Positions 54,090 to 64,000 are shown, counted from the first letter of the stretch. The stretch: DNA of 64,000 bases from an uncultured Gemmataceae bacterium (GCA_963750165.1 CAVVPN010000011.1:1472001-1536000); one strand, 5' to 3'. Numbers and translations: made by a program. The notes: generated by a model not told the origin, from the sequence alone.

Positions 54090-57000
54090 ATGACCGAAGA
54101 AGAAATCTTCCACCAGGCGCTGTCCAGCAGTCCCGAAGAGCGGGCGGCGTACCTGGAGCAAGCGTGTGCCGGCGACCCGACGCTGCGCGCGGCCGTCGAG
54201 GCACTATTGCGGGCGAACGTCGGGGCGACCGGCTTCCTGGAGCAGCCGGCTCCGGCCCTGGCCGCCGCGGTCGATGAGCAGCCAGTTCGCGAAAGGCCCG
54301 GCACGATCATTGGCTCCTACAAGCTGCTGGAGCAGATCGGCGAGGGCGGCTTCGGCGTCGTCTTCCTGGCCGAGCAGACGCGGCCGGTCCGCCGCAAGGT
54401 CGCCCTCAAGGTCCTCAAGCCGGGCATGGACACGCGGCAGGTGGTGGCGCGCTTCGAGGCCGAGCGGCAGGCCCTGGCCCTCATGGACCACCCGAACATC
54501 GCTCGGGTCTTCGACGGCGGCGCCACGCCGGCGGGCCGGCCCTATTTCGTCATGGAACTGGTCAAGGGGCTGCCCATCACGGAGTTCTGCGACCAGGCGC
54601 ACCTGACGCCCCGGCAACGGCTGGCGCTGTTCATGGCGGTCTGCCAGGCAGTGCAGCACGCGCACCAGAAGGGCATCATCCACCGCGACCTCAAGCCGAG
54701 CAACGTGATCGTTTCCCGACACGACACCACGCCGGTCGTCAAGGTGATCGACTTCGGCGTGGCCAAGGCACTGGGGCAGGAGTTGACGGACAAGACGCTG
54801 TTCACCGGCGTCGCCCAGATGGTCGGCACGCCCCTGTACATGTCCCCCGAACAGGCCGGCATGAGCGACCTCGACGTCGATACCCGCTCCGACATTTATT
54901 CACTGGGCGTGCTGCTCTACGAACTGCTCACCGGCACGACGCCACTGACCCGGGAGCGTTTCCAACGGGCGACCTACGACGAGATCCGCCGCATCATCCG
55001 CGAGGAGGACCCGCCCCGGCCGAGCACGCGGCTGTCGGCGTTGAAGAAGACGCTGCCGGCGGTCTCGGCGCTACGGCACACGGAACCCGCCCGGTTGACG
55101 AAGCTGGTGCGCGGCGAACTGGACTGGATCGTGATGAAGGCGCTGGAGAAGGACCGCAACCGCCGCTACGAGTCGGCCACCGCCTTCGCCCAGGACGTGC
55201 AGCGCTACCTGGACGACGAGCCGGTGCAGGCCTGTCCGCCGTCGGTGGGCTACCGGCTGCGCAAATTCGTGCGGCGGAATAAGGGGACGGTGCTGGCGGC
55301 GGCGCTCGTGCTGCTGATGTTCGTGGCCGGCTTCATCGCGACGGCGGGGGCGATGCTCCGGGCCGTCCAGGCGGAGGCGTTGGCCGTGGACGAAGCGAAG
55401 CAAAAAACGGCCGCCCTGAAGGAGACCGAAGGCGCCCTGGCGGCGGCCAAACAGAGCGAGCGCGGCCGGACGGAGCAGTTGTGCGAAGCGCTGGTGGCGG
55501 AGGCGCGGGCGACCCGTCTGAGCCGCCGCGCGGGGCAGCGCTTCCAGAGCCTGGAGACCTTGCGTCGCGCGGCGCAGCTGGCCCGCGGCCTGGAGTTGCC
55601 CGTGGCCAAGGTCCAGGCGCAGCGGAACGCCGCGACCGCCGCCCTCGCCGTGCCCGACCTGCACCTGGCCGGCCCGTGGGTCACCTGCACGGCCGAGGTC
55701 GATAACTGGGATTTTGACGACGACCACGCCGTCTGCGCCTGGACCGACCGGCAGGGCGCGTGCAGCATTCGGCGCGTCGCCGATGACGTGGAACTCCTGC
55801 GCCTGCCGGGACGGAACACGCTCGCCCGGCTCCGGCTCAGCGGGGACGGCAAGTTCGTAGCGATCATGTACATTGATCGGCGGGACGAGAGCATCGGCAT
55901 CGCGGTGGACGTGTGGCAGCTGAACCTGCCCACGCCGCGCCGGGTCCTGTCCGAACAGCGTGCCCATTGTGCCGTGTTTCATCCCACGGCCCCTAAGGTG
56001 GCCCTGGTGGACAACGACGGCGGCATCGGGTTGTTTGAACTGCCCAGCGGCCGACGGTTGAGCCGCCTGACGCCCGTCGTGTTCACGCGACATGTCACCG
56101 TTGCCCTGCACCCGACGGAGCCCCTGGTGGCCGCCTGCACCTACCACGGCTCGGTCGTGCTCCTGCGCGACCTGACGACGGGGCAAGTGCTCGCGATGCT
56201 GCCGCAACCCCATCGGCCCTACAGCGTCACCTGGCATCCGGACGGCCGGACGCTCGCGGTCGGCATGGCCGAGGCGCACGCCATCCATCTGTACGACCGG
56301 GCCACACTCCGCCGGTTCCGCACGCTGGAAACCGTTTCGACCGCCAGCGCGGTGGCCTTTCACCCTGCGGGCGATCGGCTGGCCGTGGTCGGCTGGGGGG
56401 GCACCGTGGAGCTGTTCGACGTGGGGACGGGGCAGAGGCTGTTTGCGACGCCGCCGGTGTCCTGCTCAGCGCTCCGCTTCCGCCGCGACGGCCGGCGGTT
56501 GGCCGGCACGGCCCGAGACGGCAAGCTCGGCACCTGGCAGGTCGGCGACAGCCGCGAATACCGCACGCTGGTCCGCAAGGGTTTGCCGCCGAGGCAGGAG
56601 TACGTGTGTGCGTCCGTGTCCCCGGACGGGCGGTTGCTGGCCGTCGGCACGGTCGGGGGCTTCGGCCTCTGGGACCTGGACACCGGCAGCGAACTGGTCT
56701 ACATCCCGAAATTAAGCGGCAACCACCTGGTCCACTTCGAGCCATCCGGGTCCCTGCTGGTGCTGGGCCCCTCGGGCCTGGATCGCTGGCCGATTTCCAG
56801 GGACCTGACGGTCGCCGCCGGGGTGGTCGGCCCGCCCGAGCACTTGCCACTGCCCCGTGGCCAGTTGCTCGGTCAGAGCGGCGACGGCCGGGTGACCGTG
56901 ACCTGCTCGCGGGCGGTTGCGGAAGAAGCGCCCCACGCCGGCGGTTGGCTGCTGCACGCGGACCGGCCGGACCAACCGCGCCGCCTCGACGCCGGCGTGG

Positions 57001-57969
57001 ACCTCGGCTTCATCACGGTCAGTCCCGATGGCAACTGGGTCGTAACCGGCGCTCGATTATTGCGGCGTGGCCAAGGTCTGGGACGCCCGGAGCGGCAAAC
57101 TGGTGAAACAACTGGCCGAGCACATGGCCTATCCGCACTTCAGCCCCGACGGCCGCTGGTTGTCCACCGCGCTGGACGGCGGCCGGCTCATTGCCGTCGG
57201 CACCTGGGAACTGGGACCACGGGTGGCCCCCGGCGCCGGCGTGTTCAGCCCGGACAGCAAGCTCTTGGCCGCCCCGACCCCCGCCGGCATCCGCCTGATC
57301 GACCACACGACCGGCCGCGAAATCGCGCTGCTGGAAGACCCCAACCTCGATCTGGTCAACCAGATGCTGTTCACGCCGGACGGCACGAAGCTGATCGCGT
57401 TGAACGACCGGCACGGCGTCCACGTCTGGGACCTGCGGTGCCTGCGCCGTCAGCTGAAGGAACTGGGTCTGGACTGGGAGTGGCCGGAATTCGCGGCGGG
57501 GGTTGGGAACGCCGGCGTCGCGCCGGCCAGCGACCCGCCGGTCATTCACGTCCTCCACGTTCCCAACCACGATCCTACCCTCCACGCGGCGGCCTGGGCG
57601 CTCGCGACGAGCGCGGACGCCAAGGCCCGGAACCCTGCCGAGGCCGTGAAACTGGCCCAGAAAGCCGTCGAACTGACGCCGGGAAACGGCGGCTACTGGA
57701 ACACGCTCGGCGTGGCCTACTACCGCAACGGCGACTACGAGGAGGCCGTGGCGGCCCTCACGCGAGTGGCCCAACTCCACGGGGAGTCTGTCCTCGGCGG
57801 GTTCTTCCAGGCCATGGCGCTCTGGCGACTGGGCGAAAAGGAGGAAGCCCGCCGGTGGTACGACCGGGCCGTGGCGTGGATGGCAAAGCACCGGACCACC
57901 AACAGGGAGTTGATCCGCTTCCGGGCAGAAGCGACGGAACTACTGGGTGTTGACGAAAAGAAGCATTGA
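54090..57969 (+). CDS. Ser/Thr kinase with a TM helix, WD40 repeats and C-terminal TPRs; apparent frameshift near 57060
   Basis: [19 protein letters not shown] and [10 protein letters not shown] motifs; HPDGRTLA and [10 protein letters not shown]40 repeats; continues in ORF 57067-57969 ([11 protein letters not shown]). Confidence 0.9.
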
Positions 57970-58109
57970 GGCCCAGGGCGGCCGGTGGGGTCCTTACCGC
58001 CGGGCAAGCCCCCACCGGCCCGGCACCGCCACGGTAGGCCCGCCGGGGGCGGTGGTGTCATGACCGGACTGCGGCGGCATGCGTTGTTTACCGGGATCAG
58101 AATCTTGGT

Positions 58110-58285
58110 CCCTTTGGCCGCGGGGCAGGTTGCCGCGGATCGGTACGAGCCGGGTGGGATCGCGCGTGTTGGGAGAGACAGGTAACTCAAGCCTTTGCCC
58201 CGTTTCCGGGATCGGACGGTGGCGTACACCGTCGCGACCGGCACCCAGTTGCCTTTGTCCCGTTGCCGGGATCGGACCCACCCGC
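58110..58285 (-). ncRNA. Candidate structured RNA with three CCGAU-hairpin-NCAAAGG modules
   Basis: 27-bp near-repeats at 58191-58217 and 58251-58277 with GAAA/GCAA tetraloop hairpins on the minus strand; a third module with a different stem at ~58111-58144. Confidence 0.35.
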
Positions 58286-58969
58286 GCGGAAACCGCGCGT
58301 ACAATTCGGCTAGCGGAGCCGATTCGACCTGCCCGTCGAGCAAGGCCCCGGCAGCGAGTGTGCTCGCGGCGGCCAGAATGGTTGACGCTCGTACAAGGGT
58401 TGCGCGCTCCGGTCTTCTCGACACACCGGAGTGGTTTTCCGCCGCCCCGGCACTTCCGGACCCGAGTACGAAGTCGAGCAAGCAGTGGTCGGACCCTATT
58501 TCGCTGGCTCCGAACCGCTACCCAGCGGGTCGAGGTGTCCCGTGCCAATTCGTGCGCCACGGACATCACCACCCGGAACCCGGATTCACTCCGGCAAGTG
58601 CCGCACCCAGACCCGAATGTACTCGCATGTCGGCGCTTGCCGGCGCACGATGTCCGACAGGTCGTGGCTGGCGCCCAGCACGATCAGCCCGAAGTCCTCC
58701 CGCGTCCAGCACCGCCCGCACCATCGCCTCCCGCCGCCGACAGGGACGCATGGGGACTGTACGCACTCGCCGGGTTCCAGCCACTCGGACCAGGATCGAG
58801 AAACCGGCCACGAGCCGTAGTCGGGTGGCGGCGGTGGACGATAGAATGAACTAATGGTGGGCCCGCAGGCCCATTCCCTCCGGATAGTCCCCGGAGGCGA
58901 CCAAGACTGGGGGCGCAAACGCCCATCCGAATTGTGTCCCTGTCCACACTTCCTTCAAGGAGACCGAGT

Positions 58970-59563
58970 ATTCGCTATTTCGACCGTCAGCCAGCGCAGG
59001 ATCGCGGCCCGCGCATGAACGAGCAGATCCGCATCAGCCCCGTCCGCCTCATCGGCGTCGAGGGGGAGCAACTGGGCATCGTGTCCACCGCACTGGCCCT
59101 GGAGAAGGCCCGGGAGGTGGGATTGGACCTGGTGGAGATGGCCGCCGACGAGCGGCCGCCGGTCTGCAAGATCCTCGACTACGGCAGGTTGCGCTTCACG
59201 AACTCGCAGAAGAACAACAAGGCCGGCAAGGTCCGCCAGCAGAAGGTGAAGGAGATGCGCCTGCGCCCCAAGACGGGCGACCACGACGTGGAGACCAAGG
59301 TCAACCAGGCGCGCAAGTTCCTCGAACACAACGACAAGGTCCAGATCACCGTCCTGTTCCGAGGCCGCGAGATGCAGCACCAGCAGGAGGGGCGGCGGGT
59401 GCTGGACTTGGTCTTGGAGAAACTGGCCGAGGTGGGCAAGGTGGAGCGCCCGCCGACGATGGACGGGAAGAAAATGACCGCCCTGGTCATGCCCAACAAG
59501 GCGGCGGCCAAACCCAAGCCCAAGCCGGCGATGAAACCGGCGGGGGCGAAGCCGACGGTCTAA
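58970..59563 (+). CDS. infC: Translation initiation factor IF-3, probable ATT start
   Basis: NEQIRISPVRLIG, LDLVEMA..PPVCKILDYG, KEMRLRP and FRGRE motifs; SD AAGGAG at 58957-58962 is 7 nt before an in-frame ATT at 58970. Confidence 0.93.
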   Translation: MRYFDRQPAQDRGPRMNEQIRISPVRLIGVEGEQLGIVSTALALEKAREVGLDLVEMAADERPPVCKILDYGRLRFTNSQKNNKAGKVRQQKVKEMRLRPKTGDHDVETKVNQARKFLEHNDKVQITVLFRGREMQHQQEGRRVLDLVLEKLAEVGKVERPPTMDGKKMTALVMPNKAAAKPKPKPAMKPAGAKPTV

Positions 59564-59737
59564 CAGCGACATGCCGACGGTGCGGGGTACGGGCACTGCC
59601 CGGCCCCGGATCGTCGGGTCCCTTCGAGCCGAAGAAGTTGTAACTGCCGCTCTGGCCATCTGCATGAGTCTGCGCCCCAGCAGGTATCCAACAACCACAC
59701 CCAGCCCGCGCCGACGATGGGGGCCACGCCGCCCCCG

Positions 59738-60483
59738 TCACGCGCTGCCTTCCCTGCGCCGCCGGTCGCGGAACGTGGGGATGCCCAACTTGCAACGCTT
59801 CTGCAAGACGGCCTGTGGCGCCCTCCCCAGCCGCCGGGCGACTTCCTCATCCGGCAGCGTGCCGAGCAGCGCCACCTGCTCGGCGGTCCAAAGCCGGCTC
59901 GTGGGGTTCGGGATGCGCAGCCCCTCCCGCTTCTGCCGCACCGCGTCCGGCCGGTGCGCTTCGCCACCTCCGCGTCGGGCAGCATGCCAAGCAGTGCCAC
60001 GTCAGCCGTTGGCCAGAGGTGCTCGTGATAGCCCGGCTTCAGGTACGCGGCCAGCCCCAGCTCGATGCTGGTACGTCGGCGCCGCTCGCGCTCCTCCTCG
60101 GTCCACTCCCGGGCCTGCGTCGCCGCGCCGGCCGCCTCCCACACCGCCTGGTAAAGCCGGCGGCTGCCCTCGGGGTCCGCCCTGGCCACGCCCAGGGCCT
60201 TGCGCCAGCGCCAGACCACGCCCGCGGTCACGCCCCACCAGTGCAGGACGGCCGCTGCCGACTCGTGCCGCACGGCGCGGGCCCGTTCTTCATCGAGTAG
60301 TAAGCCTGAACCACCGCCGGGCGAATCGACGGCACGGCAGCGCGGCCAGGGGATGCGGGCGTCGGTCCAGCTGGTGATGACGACGGTGCAGTCCCGCAGC
60401 AGACAGGTGGTGCGATCGCCCTTCCGCAGCGGCGGCGCCCGGTACGGGCCGAACAACAGCCGGACGCGCTCCCGCTGGTTCAC
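59738..60483 (-). CDS. Hypothetical protein with C-terminal HTH-like WT..E.ALLG..PD.EVA...GR repeats; apparent frameshift near 59950
   Basis: ORF 59560-60606 (LLFGPY..RIPWPRC..ESAAAVLHWWGV) joins ORF 59738-59941; two copies of the repeat. Confidence 0.65.
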
Positions 60484-60790
60484 TGAACGCCCCCTGGCGG
60501 TCACCCGCCCTCGGTATTGCTCCCTACCGTACAACGTAACGCGGTGCTGGCCCGCCTGTCCAGCGCCGAGCCACTGAACTCCCCGTTCGGCTGCAGAATC
60601 GCACAAGTTGGCGTCTTAGAATCACACACGCCCCATAGTCGCTGCGTCAACGATGCTGATCGTTGACGTTGTTACCGCTGCAAGAGTCAGCGCTTATGCC
60701 GCTTTCGACTCCTTGGCCCTTATTTGGCATCCAAATTGCTATTCTGCAAACTCCTTTCGCTTCTGTCCCTAAACACAAGGAGACCTCAGT

Positions 60791-61099
60791 ATGACTTGGC
60801 ACAACGATACGTGTGGCTGCGCTGAATGTGGCAACTACGGGCAGAGGTACAACCCGAAGGCAATCCACAATCAGTCCTGTGGGTGTGCAGAGTGTGGCAA
60901 TTACGACTACGTCCCGACAATCGCGCACGAAGCGAAGCAAAGTCATCCGATCCTGAACTCGGCTAGCGAGGCCGTTGAGATGATCCCCGTGCCCATCGAA
61001 CTGCTGAACGAAGTTCGTGCGTTGATCGCAAAGCGGACCCACGCCGCCCCGATGCCCCGCTCCGGCGCCGGCGGCGGTTCGACCTTCGTCAGTTCGTAG
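60791..61099 (+). CDS. Small Cys-rich protein with tandem HNxxCGCAECGNY repeats
   Basis: AAGGAG RBS before ATG; two copies of the 13-aa motif. Confidence 0.7.
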   Translation: MTWHNDTCGCAECGNYGQRYNPKAIHNQSCGCAECGNYDYVPTIAHEAKQSHPILNSASEAVEMIPVPIELLNEVRALIAKRTHAAPMPRSGAGGGSTFVSS

Positions 61100-61310
61100 C
61101 CCAGTTCCCGCGTCGGACGCCGGTTGCCCGCAGCCAGGCCAGACGCCACGCCACCGCCTGCGTCGGCGCCGTGGCCAGGATGCGGGCGCCGGGGCGGTGC
61201 GCCTCGACCGTCCAGGAGTTGGCGCCGCCGTGCTCGCCCAGCGACCAGCCGGCGCGGTGCAACAGGTCGCGGTAGGCGTCCACGTCGGCGGGTGGGTCGA
61301 GGCGACGCAC
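61089..61310 (-). CDS. Small hypothetical protein
   Basis: GGAG RBS and GTG start; LHRAGWSLGE...APTQAVAW reads as protein-like. Confidence 0.55.
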   Translation of the reverse strand: MRRLDPPADVDAYRDLLHRAGWSLGEHGGANSWTVEAHRPGARILATAPTQAVAWRLAWLRATGVRRGNWATN

Positions 61311-61501
61311 GACGGTAGTTCTCCAGGGTGGCGGAGGAAAGGGAAGGGGCCGGTTTCCCGGCCGCGGCGTCGCCCAGTCACCGCTACCGTTCGACCGGCC
61401 CGGATAGAGTAGAACGCGAGAACAGGGCGGCGCCAAGAGGGGAGCGATCCGCAGCGGTGATCGCTGTGGTTCGTGTGCGGCAGCGAACGCGCGGCCACGA
61501 T

Positions 61502-61834
61502 TCAATCCCCTTCCAGGTTTCGCAAGGCGTTCTCCCCCGACGGGCTCATCTCGTCAAACAGGGAACTTTGCGCCTGGCCCGCGTGCCAGCGCTTCGCCTG
61601 CGCAGGCGGGTCGGCGGACGCCTGGGGCTCAACTGGAGGCTTCGCGTAGGTTCTGTATTTAACAAACTTTTCCAGAATCGCGGCCGTCGGGAATCTGCCA
61701 AGGCTCGCGTCGAACGCCGCAAATGACTCGGCGCGGACCGCAGCGGCACGCTCCGGCTTCAGGGGCTTTGTGGCCCGCAAGGTGGCGGCGCGGATCGTCT
61801 CCTCGATGGTTGCAATCGCCTCGTTGCGCGTCAT
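61502..61834 (-). CDS. Hypothetical protein
   Basis: AAGGAGG RBS before ATG at 61834; helical, Ala/Arg-rich 110 aa. Confidence 0.55.
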   Translation of the reverse strand: MTRNEAIATIEETIRAATLRATKPLKPERAAAVRAESFAAFDASLGRFPTAAILEKFVKYRTYAKPPVEPQASADPPAQAKRWHAGQAQSSLFDEMSPSGENALRNLEGD

Positions 61835-61932
61835 CACTTTCCCTCCTTGCCACCGACCAAGTGCGTGGATCGTGGCTGCCGACATTCGACGCCGCACATC
61901 GCTCCGATCGCGAACAAAAGTCCGCGTTATGG

Positions 61933-62424
61933 CTAATTACGGCGAAACGGTCGCCTATTCAGGGCGTCGAGAAAAACTTGCGTAAGCCATTCCGTCTGCG
62001 CGTCGTTCTGCCCGGTGACAACGTCATCCTGCTGATAATAACCGTCAAATGCTGCAGCGGCGGCTCTGACCCATGCCGAAAGCAGCACCGCCAAGGCGGT
62101 TTCGCGGTCTGCCCCTGCCTCGCCACAGAAAGCGTGGTAGCTGGCCCAGGCTACAGGGTTGAGGCGTGCCTGGTCATCGTCGTCCTGGGAGCCGGTGGTG
62201 CCGAGCCAAAGGACGAAAAGGTTGGGAGAGTGGGAGTCATCTCCGATGAGGTAATACTCCTCGACGAGGGATCCGTGGAAGTTCTCGCCGCGGTCGATCT
62301 TGACAACACGCTGCGACCTCGCCGTGTGCGGGGGAGGACACCAGAAGCGCCTCGGGGGGTGTCCATCCAGGCAGACTTGCACGACAACTTTTCGGTCCGG
62401 CCCGAGCGTAACGGTTCTCCGCAT
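61933..62424 (-). CDS. Hypothetical protein
   Basis: 163-aa ATG-started ORF, co-oriented with its neighbours, balanced composition. Confidence 0.55.
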   Translation of the reverse strand: MRRTVTLGPDRKVVVQVCLDGHPPRRFWCPPPHTARSQRVVKIDRGENFHGSLVEEYYLIGDDSHSPNLFVLWLGTTGSQDDDDQARLNPVAWASYHAFCGEAGADRETALAVLLSAWVRAAAAAFDGYYQQDDVVTGQNDAQTEWLTQVFLDALNRRPFRRN

Positions 62425-62504
62425 GGTTCAATCTCATGCGCCTGGGGTCGGTCGGACGTTGGCAAAAGAATCCTTTGGGCTGTACGGGGGTTCGCGCCTT
62501 GTCA

Positions 62505-63866
62505 TCATGTCGCGGCAGCCTGACTGTTCTGCGTGGACAAACGCTTGAGGATTTCAGCTTCCTTCTCGATCTGCCGTAGCGCGGCCTTCGCCACCCTTTT
62601 GGCGTACTTGACCCAGTAGGCCCGGTTCGAGGAAGACCCTCTCGGCCCACCCTCGTCAAACTCAGAACAGGTCTCGATCACTCCAGGAATTGAATACAAC
62701 AAGTCACCCAAGTAATCGAGGAAGGAATTGTAACACGGCCCCCGTAGGTTTTCGTCGTCGAGGTTCCCTCCGATCTCCGAACGCACCTCCTTCACCAACT
62801 GGGCGAGCCGGTAAAGTTGCAAGTCAGGCATCGCCTGTCCCGCTTGTTCCGCCTTCAGAAATGCTTTGACCGCCTCGTCCATTCCCTCCACGGCTTGGTC
62901 TTTGAGGTCAAAGAAAGTACCGCCTCCAATCTCCGCGAAAGTCACGTCGATAAAGGCGAGCAGGTGGCTACAACCGTCGGTTGCCTTGCAGAAGGGGCAT
63001 GCTCCGTTGTCGTCATCACACTCTCCATCGTTATCCAGGTCGTCATTCCAGACCGCGACGTGACGACTGCTGACGGATTTGACCACGATTGAAGGCGGGT
63101 GCGACGCACCATCGCGGTCGCCGAAGTTGCTCCGCAACCACCGGAGCGCTGCCGCCGCTTCGCGTTTGACTCGCCCGCCGAAACCGGATTCGGGGTGAAA
63201 CAGATCGACGCCTGCGCCGCTGAGCATCCCTTCCGTGTCCCAGCGAACTTTGACGACACCCGGTTCGTGCACGACGTAATCGCTGCCGTACTCGCCTGCC
63301 CGGGTGATCAATTCGCCCACCTCGTCGGGTGCGTTTTCTTCCACGGAAGCGCGCTCGTCCGGTTCCAGGGAACCGGCCCGCTCGGTCAGTTCTCTTACCT
63401 CGTCGTTGAAGTCTACCGACCGAAACCAGGAATATTCAGGACCTTCTTTTGTGCATACCCAGTGGCTACAGTAGTTGCCTGCCCCGGCCAGGATGTCGCG
63501 AAAGCAAATGGGACACCGTTGCCCCTCGCCGTGGGCATGGTCGTATTCTGGCTGGTAATCCGCCCCGGCCGCTACCAGGAGGCGGGCCACCGCAAGCCGT
63601 TTTGCTGTTCGCGCCAGTTCAAATGCAGTTTGGCCTTTTCTGTCGGTGGCGCCAAGGGCGGCTCCGTTGTCCAGCAGCATCGCTACTGCCTGATCATGGC
63701 CTTTCACTGCCGCATGCATGAGAGCCGTCCTACCCCTTGCATCCGGGGCGTTGACATCTGCACCGCGACGGAGTGACGCACTCATTGCGAAAAGGTCGCC
63801 GGCGCGTGCCGCGTTCAGCAAGCGTTGGTTTTCCAGCATTCGCGAATGCTTCCCCGGCGGTGTCAT
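62505..63866 (-). CDS. Ankyrin-repeat protein with two CxxC..CxH modules
   Basis: GADVNAPDARGRTALMHAA and GATDRKGQTAFELA ankyrin repeats; CPIC..YCSH and CPFC..GCSH. Confidence 0.8.
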   Translation of the reverse strand: MTPPGKHSRMLENQRLLNAARAGDLFAMSASLRRGADVNAPDARGRTALMHAAVKGHDQAVAMLLDNGAALGATDRKGQTAFELARTAKRLAVARLLVAAGADYQPEYDHAHGEGQRCPICFRDILAGAGNYCSHWVCTKEGPEYSWFRSVDFNDEVRELTERAGSLEPDERASVEENAPDEVGELITRAGEYGSDYVVHEPGVVKVRWDTEGMLSGAGVDLFHPESGFGGRVKREAAAALRWLRSNFGDRDGASHPPSIVVKSVSSRHVAVWNDDLDNDGECDDDNGACPFCKATDGCSHLLAFIDVTFAEIGGGTFFDLKDQAVEGMDEAVKAFLKAEQAGQAMPDLQLYRLAQLVKEVRSEIGGNLDDENLRGPCYNSFLDYLGDLLYSIPGVIETCSEFDEGGPRGSSSNRAYWVKYAKRVAKAALRQIEKEAEILKRLSTQNSQAAAT

Positions 63867-64000
63867 CGCTGTACCCTCAAGTTCGCTGCAAGTTTTTCTC
63901 ACTCCGGTCTCCGGCTCAGATCGATCGGCTTGAGGTTTCCGGCAGTCGCCAACGCTTCAAAGTGCTCGGCCAATCGCGTGGCGAACCGGTACGACTGAAC

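Noticed and set aside
52704..54793. Diversity-generating retroelement template/variable repeat pair
   Set aside because: The differences are not adenine-specific, the copy is a deletion chimera, and no reverse transcriptase is present
58191..58277. Two 27-bp palindromic repeats with a 33-bp spacer, resembling a mini-CRISPR
   Set aside because: Only two regular units, no cas genes or AT-rich leader in the window, and the third unit varies in stem length; kept as a structured-RNA candidate instead

Overview
High-GC bacterial DNA, most likely from a Planctomycete of the Gemmataceae. This rests on Gemmata-type ECF sigma factors, a TIGR03067 paralog array, a Planctomycete LEPR-XLL export motif, PEP-CTERM proteins and a TIGR02999 ECF/Ser-Thr kinase pair. 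About 14 single-base frameshifts, mostly in G/C runs, look like long-read consensus errors. Left part (1-22.3 kb) is core-like. It holds an unusual ECF sigma factor fused to the periplasmic headpiece of a CusA/CzcA RND pump with the pump's TM bundles missing, then a Gfo/Idh/MocA oxidoreductase, Uma2, ispH, an OprO/P porin, a PEP-CTERM protein, hemA, ccsA, a sigma54 activator, a sigma70-like factor, a Ser/Thr kinase and four tandem TIGR03067 genes. It also carries a family of TA-flanked MITE-like shells with different REP-like interiors. At 22312-22353 a displaced 3' half of tRNA-Lys(CTT) with arm-type repeats marks the left end of a probable genomic island that runs beyond the window. The island contains a SLOG fragment, DinB, a 100-bp IS4-type MITE and a ~27.4 kb (~9,100 aa) giant secreted adhesin-like gene (apparently inactive Zn-PLC domain, FG-GAP, beta-helical, RTX and zincin parts). 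Further right are a second PEP-CTERM gene, an ECF/STK pair with an inverted partial duplicate, a candidate structured RNA, an orphan ATT-initiated infC and small Cys-rich and ankyrin genes. All calls come from reading the sequence and ORF track; no searches were run.
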